Assembly: GCA_964411615.1 (NCBI GenBank)
Contig: CAYPLO010000050.1
Location: forward strand, 1 to 12,398
From: an uncultured Aquificales bacterium
GTDB lineage: Bacteria > Thermosulfidibacterota > Thermosulfidibacteria > Thermosulfidibacterales > Thermosulfidibacteraceae
Length of the DNA: 12,398 nt
Direction: 5' to 3'
In this document: in pieces, positions 7,392 to 12,398 of the stretch
Position numbering within the stretch: the first letter of the stretch is position 1
Layout of the letters: every line of letters begins with the position of its first letter
Made by a program: the position numbers and the translations under genes
Notes under the pieces: generated by a model
What the model was told of the DNA's origin: nothing
The model's database searches: none
The model's input: only the letters and a program-made list of their open reading frames with translations

Positions 7392-9733
7392 TTCTGGTCT
7401 CATCCGCAACAGGGGCGGACCTCTTCTTAGTCAGGGAGAAGGGAACAACAAAGCTGGTCTTCACCGCAAAGAAAAAACTCTCCTACACCTTCAGCGAACC
7501 CTCCGCCGGTGTGGCCATCCTCAAGATAGAAGGCGTGCGTCTAAGGTCCAGAAGGCCCATAAAGGTGAAGGACAGAGTCATCAAGAGAATCACCATAACA
7601 CAAAAGGGAACGTCCTCCGTAGTAAAGCTCACCCTGGACCCCAAATACCATGTAAAGCTTCAGGAGAGCTATCCCCCCTTCAGACTCACCCTGACCCCTG
7701 AGCCACTAACCCCTGAGCTCATGATGGAGAGGATGCTCACATCCCTGTATCGCAGGGGAGACTGCGACACCTTTCTGGCAAATGCGGGCAGGTTAAACCT
7801 CAGGACACTCCCCCCGGACAAGCTCAACAGGTTCGTTGAGATGCAGGCCAACTGCACCTTGAAGACCGAAAATCCCCTGCTGGTCCTGGAGACCTACGGC
7901 AGGATAGCCAAGATACTGAAAGAGCCTGTGCTTGAGAAGGTGCGGGCAAAGAAGGTGGAGGCCCTGCTGAAGCTCAAAAGATACGAGGAGGCCTTGGCTG
8001 AAGGAAAGCTCTTCATCCAGAAGTACAAGGACTACACAGCGGACTTAGTGGCCTCCTACATGGCGGAGGCCCTTATAAAGCTGGACAGGAAGGACGACGC
8101 CATAATAGTGCTGAAGAACCTGATAAAGGCCCACCCCGACTCTCCCTACATAGACCACATGTATAAGGAGCTGGCCAAGGCCTACTACCTCAAGGACAAC
8201 TTCTTAGGTGCATACCTGCTACTGAAACGTGCCTACGACGACAACCCAAAGCTTGTGGAGGCCGACGGCGAAGCCCTCTTCATGTACGGAAGTTCAGCCT
8301 ACAGAGTGGGACTGAAGGAGGAGGCGAGGAGGGTTCTGCTGAGGGTGCTTAACCTGCACCCCAACACACCGGAGGCGGCCAAGGCCCTGGGGCTTCTGGG
8401 AAGAATCTACGCCGACAGGAAGGACTGGAAGACCGCCGAGTGGTTCTACAAGCTCTGTATGAGGCTCTATCCCAACACCAAAGCGGCGGCGGTGGCCAGG
8501 ATAAGGCTGGCGGAGCACTACGAAGAGCTGGGAGAGTACAGAAAGGCCCTGAACCTATACACAGAAGCGGAGATACTCTACCCCCACATGCCCGATGTGC
8601 TTGAGGTGGCTCTCTACCGCAAGGGCGTGATGATGCTGAAGCTTGGAAGATACGAAGAGGCCATACAGGCCTTCAAGGACTTCATGCTAAAGGTGCCCCA
8701 GAGCAGCTTTCTGCAGGAGGCTGAAAGATACATAGAGGAGGCGGAGTTCAGGATAGCCGAGAAGAAGTACAGAGAGGGAAGGCTTGAGGACGCGGTGAAG
8801 CTCCTCACCCAGTTCGCCAAAAGGTACCCCCAGAATCCCCACACACCTGAGGCCATAAAGCTTGCGGGGAAGGCCCTTGTCCGTATAGTGGAGGACAAGT
8901 TCACAAGGGGGGATTGCGCAGGGATACTCCTCTTCTGGGACCTCTACAAAAACTTCTTCCCACAAAAGGCTCAAAAGAGCGTCCCCCTGTTCCACATAGC
9001 CCAGTGTATGCTCTCCAAGGGCAGGAAGGCAGAGGCTGTAAACCTCATGGTCTGGATTGAGAAAAATATCGGGAACAGTTTTCCCAAGTGGAAGTCCCTG
9101 CTGACCTACCTCACCAACTACTACTTTGAGATAGAGAACTACAAGCTTGCGGAAGAGACGGCCCTGAAGCTCATAAAGATAACCACCGCAAGGGAGGCTC
9201 CCTACGTACACCACCAGCTGGTCAGGCTACTGCTGGCCCAAAACAGATACAAAGAGATGGACAGCATCATCCAGAAGATGGAGAAGGAGAAGGCCCCTCC
9301 CAGATACCTGGCATACAACCACTTTGCAAGGGCCATAGCCCTGCTGGATATTGGTAAAAGAACGGAAGGGGTGAAGGAGCTTGAGAAGTTCACCGAAAGC
9401 AGGGTATCCCTCCTCAACTACCCCAACAGATACCAGCTGGCCACCATCCTCCTTGCCAGGATATACTACAACGACCACCAGCGGAACAGGGCCTACAGCA
9501 GATACCTCTGGTACGCCAACGCCTTCCCCAACGGAAGGTACACACCTGAAGCCCTCTTCATGCTGGGGCTCATAATGAAGAACCCCAAGGACAGGCAGTT
9601 CTGGTATATCTGTCTAAAAAGGTTTCCCAACAGCCACTGGAGCAAGGAGATAAAGGCCCACCTCTTGGCTAAGGAGATACTTGATGAGGCAAGAAAGGCA
9701 GCAGGAGTTAGAAGCACTAAAGGAAGCACTTAA
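7343..9733 (+). CDS. Large exported tetratricopeptide-repeat protein with a beta-rich (possibly AMIN-like) N-terminal domain
   Basis: Signal-peptide-like N-terminus (MRLLRR...hydrophobic...ATGA|DL), a roughly 95-aa beta-type segment, then many TPR units ending in HPDS/HPNT/YPNT/YPQN/FPNG/FPNS. The TTG start overlaps pilD by 49 nt; the exact start is uncertain. Confidence 0.85.
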   Translation: MRLLRRTAGPIILGLLILVSSATGADLFLVREKGTTKLVFTAKKKLSYTFSEPSAGVAILKIEGVRLRSRRPIKVKDRVIKRITITQKGTSSVVKLTLDPKYHVKLQESYPPFRLTLTPEPLTPELMMERMLTSLYRRGDCDTFLANAGRLNLRTLPPDKLNRFVEMQANCTLKTENPLLVLETYGRIAKILKEPVLEKVRAKKVEALLKLKRYEEALAEGKLFIQKYKDYTADLVASYMAEALIKLDRKDDAIIVLKNLIKAHPDSPYIDHMYKELAKAYYLKDNFLGAYLLLKRAYDDNPKLVEADGEALFMYGSSAYRVGLKEEARRVLLRVLNLHPNTPEAAKALGLLGRIYADRKDWKTAEWFYKLCMRLYPNTKAAAVARIRLAEHYEELGEYRKALNLYTEAEILYPHMPDVLEVALYRKGVMMLKLGRYEEAIQAFKDFMLKVPQSSFLQEAERYIEEAEFRIAEKKYREGRLEDAVKLLTQFAKRYPQNPHTPEAIKLAGKALVRIVEDKFTRGDCAGILLFWDLYKNFFPQKAQKSVPLFHIAQCMLSKGRKAEAVNLMVWIEKNIGNSFPKWKSLLTYLTNYYFEIENYKLAEETALKLIKITTAREAPYVHHQLVRLLLAQNRYKEMDSIIQKMEKEKAPPRYLAYNHFARAIALLDIGKRTEGVKELEKFTESRVSLLNYPNRYQLATILLARIYYNDHQRNRAYSRYLWYANAFPNGRYTPEALFMLGLIMKNPKDRQFWYICLKRFPNSHWSKEIKAHLLAKEILDEARKAAGVRSTKGST

Positions 9734-10793
9734 GAACTTCATCGTCGCCACAGAGGAGCTCAACAGGTCCTACACAGCTCTAAAAAAAGAGGTAGAGCGG
9801 CTCAACACGGAGCTACAGAAACAGAAGAACCTCCTGAGGGCCATAGTGGAAAGCCTGAGGGATGGGGTTGTGGCTGTGGACCTGTCGGGAAACGTGGTGG
9901 CGTCAAACAGAAACGCCTTCAACATGCTGGGGATAAAGGAAGGGCAGAACCTCTCCCCCCTGCTCAGGAACCTCCAGAGGGAGATGGAGGTGTACACCCT
10001 TGAGGGGGAGAGAAAGGTTCTGAAGATAGACAGGTTCCCCCTCATGCAGGACAGCAGAACTATCGGAGAGGTGGTGATACTCAGGGATATAACCAGGGAG
10101 AGGGAGCTGGAGGAGGAGGGCAAGAGAAAGGAGAGGCTCTCCGCCATGGGAAGGATGGCGGCCAGCATAGCCCACGAGATAAGAAACCCGTTGGGCTCCA
10201 TAGAGCTCTTCGCGGGACTGATAAAGAGGGGAGGGACACAGGAGGAGCAGCAGAGATGGGCTGAGAGCATCATAAGGGTGGTGAAAAGCATAAACAACCT
10301 CATCTCCAACATGCTCATATTCACCCGTCCCATATATGTGGAGCCCGCCCCTTTCAACGTGAAGGAACTGCTAAAGGAATGTCTGGAAGCGGCTTCCTCC
10401 GCCATAAGGGAGAAGGGGATAGAGGTTGTGCTTGAGGGGGAAGAGGCTGAGGTATGGGCAGACAGGGAGTTGATGAAGCAGGCCATACTGAACCTTGTGA
10501 TAAACGCCATACAGGCCATGGATAATGGGGGAAGGCTCACTCTGAAGGCCATAGTTAATGAGGGAGAGTGCATAATACAGGTGGGTGATACGGGATGCGG
10601 CATACCACCTGAAGCGCAAAAGAGGATATTTGACCCCTTCTACACAACCAAGAAGAAGGGGACCGGACTGGGACTGGCCATTGTCCACAGGATAGTTGAG
10701 GCCCACAGGGGAAGGATAACGGTCAGCAGCAGCCCCGGCAACACCACCTTCACCATAAGGATTCCAGTAAACACAGATGCTCAGGTACATTAA
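9684..10793 (+). CDS. Cytoplasmic PAS-domain sensor histidine kinase, FleS/FlrB-like
   Basis: N-terminal coiled coil, PAS segment (ESLRDGVVAVDLSGNVVASN), H-box AHEIRNPL, N-box NLVINAIQAM, DTGCGI, IFDPFYTTK and GTGLGL. No transmembrane segment. SD AAGGAG (9671-9676) favours ATG 9684. Confidence 0.92.
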   Translation: MRQERQQELEALKEALKNFIVATEELNRSYTALKKEVERLNTELQKQKNLLRAIVESLRDGVVAVDLSGNVVASNRNAFNMLGIKEGQNLSPLLRNLQREMEVYTLEGERKVLKIDRFPLMQDSRTIGEVVILRDITRERELEEEGKRKERLSAMGRMAASIAHEIRNPLGSIELFAGLIKRGGTQEEQQRWAESIIRVVKSINNLISNMLIFTRPIYVEPAPFNVKELLKECLEAASSAIREKGIEVVLEGEEAEVWADRELMKQAILNLVINAIQAMDNGGRLTLKAIVNEGECIIQVGDTGCGIPPEAQKRIFDPFYTTKKKGTGLGLAIVHRIVEAHRGRITVSSSPGNTTFTIRIPVNTDAQVH

Positions 10794-11295
10794 CGCTATA
10801 GCCCTCTCCAGAACCCCTATATGGCAGCAGCACCACCTGCTGCGGGTCTTCACCTGGGAGGAGGGAAAGGCGGTCTGTATACTTAAGACCCGCAAGATTC
10901 CCCTGCCAGAGCCGCCGGGACTCTACCTCATGGAGGCGGACTTCAGCAAAGAGGGACTCTTCCTGTGCAGGGACTACCAGCTGTTATCCTCCTTCCACCA
11001 GCCCCACCACCTCCTTATGCACCAGCTCTGCTTACCTCTTCTTGAGTACTTCCCCCTGGCAGAGCCCTCCCCCTTCGTCTTCGGAAGGTACCTCAGCGCA
11101 CTGAGAAGGAGCCACGACAGGGATAGCGCCATGGAGAACACCCTATGGTTCCTTGCCTCTGTCCTCGCAAAGGAGGGACTGCTCCCTCCTTACCAAGAGG
11201 TAAAGAGCCTCATCAGAACCAGAAGATGCAGAAACCCCAAAAGAGTGTGGCGAAGGATAAAGGAGGCCATGGCCCTTGTTGAGGGTAAAGATTAA
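10777..11295 (+). CDS. Putative divergent, truncated RecO-like protein
   Basis: Fills the gap between kinase and dut with overlaps on both sides. AIALSRT...[11 protein letters not shown] resembles the RecO OB-fold start, and [10 protein letters not shown]...AL...F...VLAKEGLLP resembles the RecO helical region. Similarity was recognised by eye only. Confidence 0.55.
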   Translation: MLRYINAIALSRTPIWQQHHLLRVFTWEEGKAVCILKTRKIPLPEPPGLYLMEADFSKEGLFLCRDYQLLSSFHQPHHLLMHQLCLPLLEYFPLAEPSPFVFGRYLSALRRSHDRDSAMENTLWFLASVLAKEGLLPPYQEVKSLIRTRRCRNPKRVWRRIKEAMALVEGKD

Positions 11296-11713
11296 GATAA
11301 AGGCCAGAAGACCAGACCTCATCCCTGCCTACATGTCGGAGGGGGCATCGGGCTTCGACGTAAAAGCAGACCTTGAAGCCCCCATGATTATAGAACCCGG
11401 GAGAATAGCCCTCATCCCCACAGGACTCTCCTTTGAGATACCCGAAGGCTTTGAGATACAGATAAGGCCGAGAAGCGGACTGGCCCTGAAGGGAATAACC
11501 GTTCTCAACAGCCCCGGCACCGTGGACTCCGACTACAGGGGAGAGGTGAAGGTGATACTCGCCAACCTTTCGGATGAGCCCTTCACCGTGGAGCCCGGCA
11601 TGCGCATAGCCCAGGGGGTTTTAGTGCGGGTCTACAGGGCCGAATTTGTAGAGGCAGAACCCACCCCCACAGACAGGGGGGCGGGGGGCTTCGGCTCAAC
11701 AGGGGTGAAATAG
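11276..11713 (+). CDS. dut: dUTP diphosphatase (trimeric dUTPase)
   Basis: All five motifs present: [26 protein letters not shown] and [18 protein letters not shown] at 11261-11266 precedes TTG. Confidence 0.97.
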   Translation: MLRVKIKIKARRPDLIPAYMSEGASGFDVKADLEAPMIIEPGRIALIPTGLSFEIPEGFEIQIRPRSGLALKGITVLNSPGTVDSDYRGEVKVILANLSDEPFTVEPGMRIAQGVLVRVYRAEFVEAEPTPTDRGAGGFGSTGVK

Positions 11714-12398
11714 CTATCTGTACATATTGTAAAGGGCCCTTATCTCAGAGGGGCTCAAAGGCCTGTTCCATATACCGAGTTCGTCGTATGCGGTATTTAC
11801 GCTCTGCCGCCCAAAGGCAAACTCCTTGGCCCAGAAGGAAGGCTTATCGGGAAGAGAGATAACCTTGCTACCATCAAGATAGACAGCCAGACCCCTGCCT
11901 CTGTCCCTCGCAACGGCAAGCATGTGGTATGAGCCGCTGAGCTTTATCCCCTTCTCCCGATAATCAAACATGGCCTTCAAGTGGGCAGCGTGGTCGCTCT
12001 CGGAGGCAGGATAGAAGACATCTATAACCTTATACCAGTCGTCAACGCTAACACCAAAGGCATCGTCGGTGTCTATGATATAAGGCCTCTCATCCTCGGC
12101 AACCTTTATCCAGACCACAAGGGTGAAGGAACGGTTTATCAAGGAAGGGTCCAGCTTAACCTTAACGTAAGGGTCCCCCATGGCTATGCCGTTACCCCTT
12201 ACTCCTGGAACGACTTTTAGCTTAACGTCGGTCTTTCCATTGTAGCCGTTGCCGGTAACGTCTATGAACTTACCCTGCTCAAAGTCGTAGTAGGCCACGA
12301 GTCCCGGTATGGAAGCGGCAGGTATAGATGGCCGCTGAGACGCACTTCTAACAACCTGCTTAGGCACCTCCTCAAACAGATTCCCGGTCCCCGAACCT
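11714..12398 (-). CDS. LamG-like jellyroll (concanavalin A-like) domain protein, C-terminal part (probably 5'-partial)
   Basis: GLVAYYDF, DVTGNGYNG, SFTLVVWIK, YHMLAV, VYLDG and DELGIWNRPLSPSEIRALY are typical Laminin_G_3 motifs. The frame stays open upstream of GTG 12367 to the window edge (GSGTGNLFEEV...), so the true start is probably outside the window. Confidence 0.85.
   Translation of the reverse strand, partial: GSGTGNLFEEVPKQVVRSASQRPSIPAASIPGLVAYYDFEQGKFIDVTGNGYNGKTDVKLKVVPGVRGNGIAMGDPYVKVKLDPSLINRSFTLVVWIKVAEDERPYIIDTDDAFGVSVDDWYKVIDVFYPASESDHAAHLKAMFDYREKGIKLSGSYHMLAVARDRGRGLAVYLDGSKVISLPDKPSFWAKEFAFGRQSVNTAYDELGIWNRPLSPSEIRALYNMYR

Noticed and set aside
7312..7701. 129-aa alternative-frame plus-strand ORF
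   Set aside because: It overlaps pilD and the TPR gene out of frame. The TPR frame carries the signal peptide and a continuous 796-codon ORF.
11730..11760. Weak hairpin or palindrome (AAGGGCCCTT; GGGCCCTT...AGGGGCTC) after dut
   Set aside because: The stem is imperfect, has no U-tract on the plus strand and lies in LamG coding sequence. That is insufficient to call a terminator.

Overview
A very compact bacterial chromosomal window. Frequent AGG/ATA codons and Glu/Lys-rich proteins suggest a thermophile (inference). It holds two divergent gene runs separated by only 41 bp. The minus-strand run is prfB (RF2, canonical +1 programmed frameshift) - rpsB - tsf - pyrH - frr - a 58-aa 2[4Fe-4S] ferredoxin missed by the ORF track - terminator-like hairpin - uppS. 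It converges on the 3' end of a LolC/E- or FtsX/MacB-type ABC permease. The plus-strand run is a shortened NagA-like amidohydrolase - TauE/SafE (TSUP) transporter - prepilin peptidase PilD - large exported TPR protein - FleS/FlrB-like PAS histidine kinase - divergent RecO-like protein - dUTPase. It converges on a partial LamG-domain gene. No mobile elements, CRISPR arrays, tRNAs or rRNAs were seen, and most genes are housekeeping. The most unusual feature is that the rpsB/t44-type (S2) leader RNA lies entirely inside a C-terminal extension of the RF2 reading frame, whose stop codon overlaps the rpsB Shine-Dalgarno. This could link two autoregulatory circuits. Also notable are the barrel-only NagA, the cysteine-registered internal duplication of the TPR protein, and the truncated RecO-like gene.
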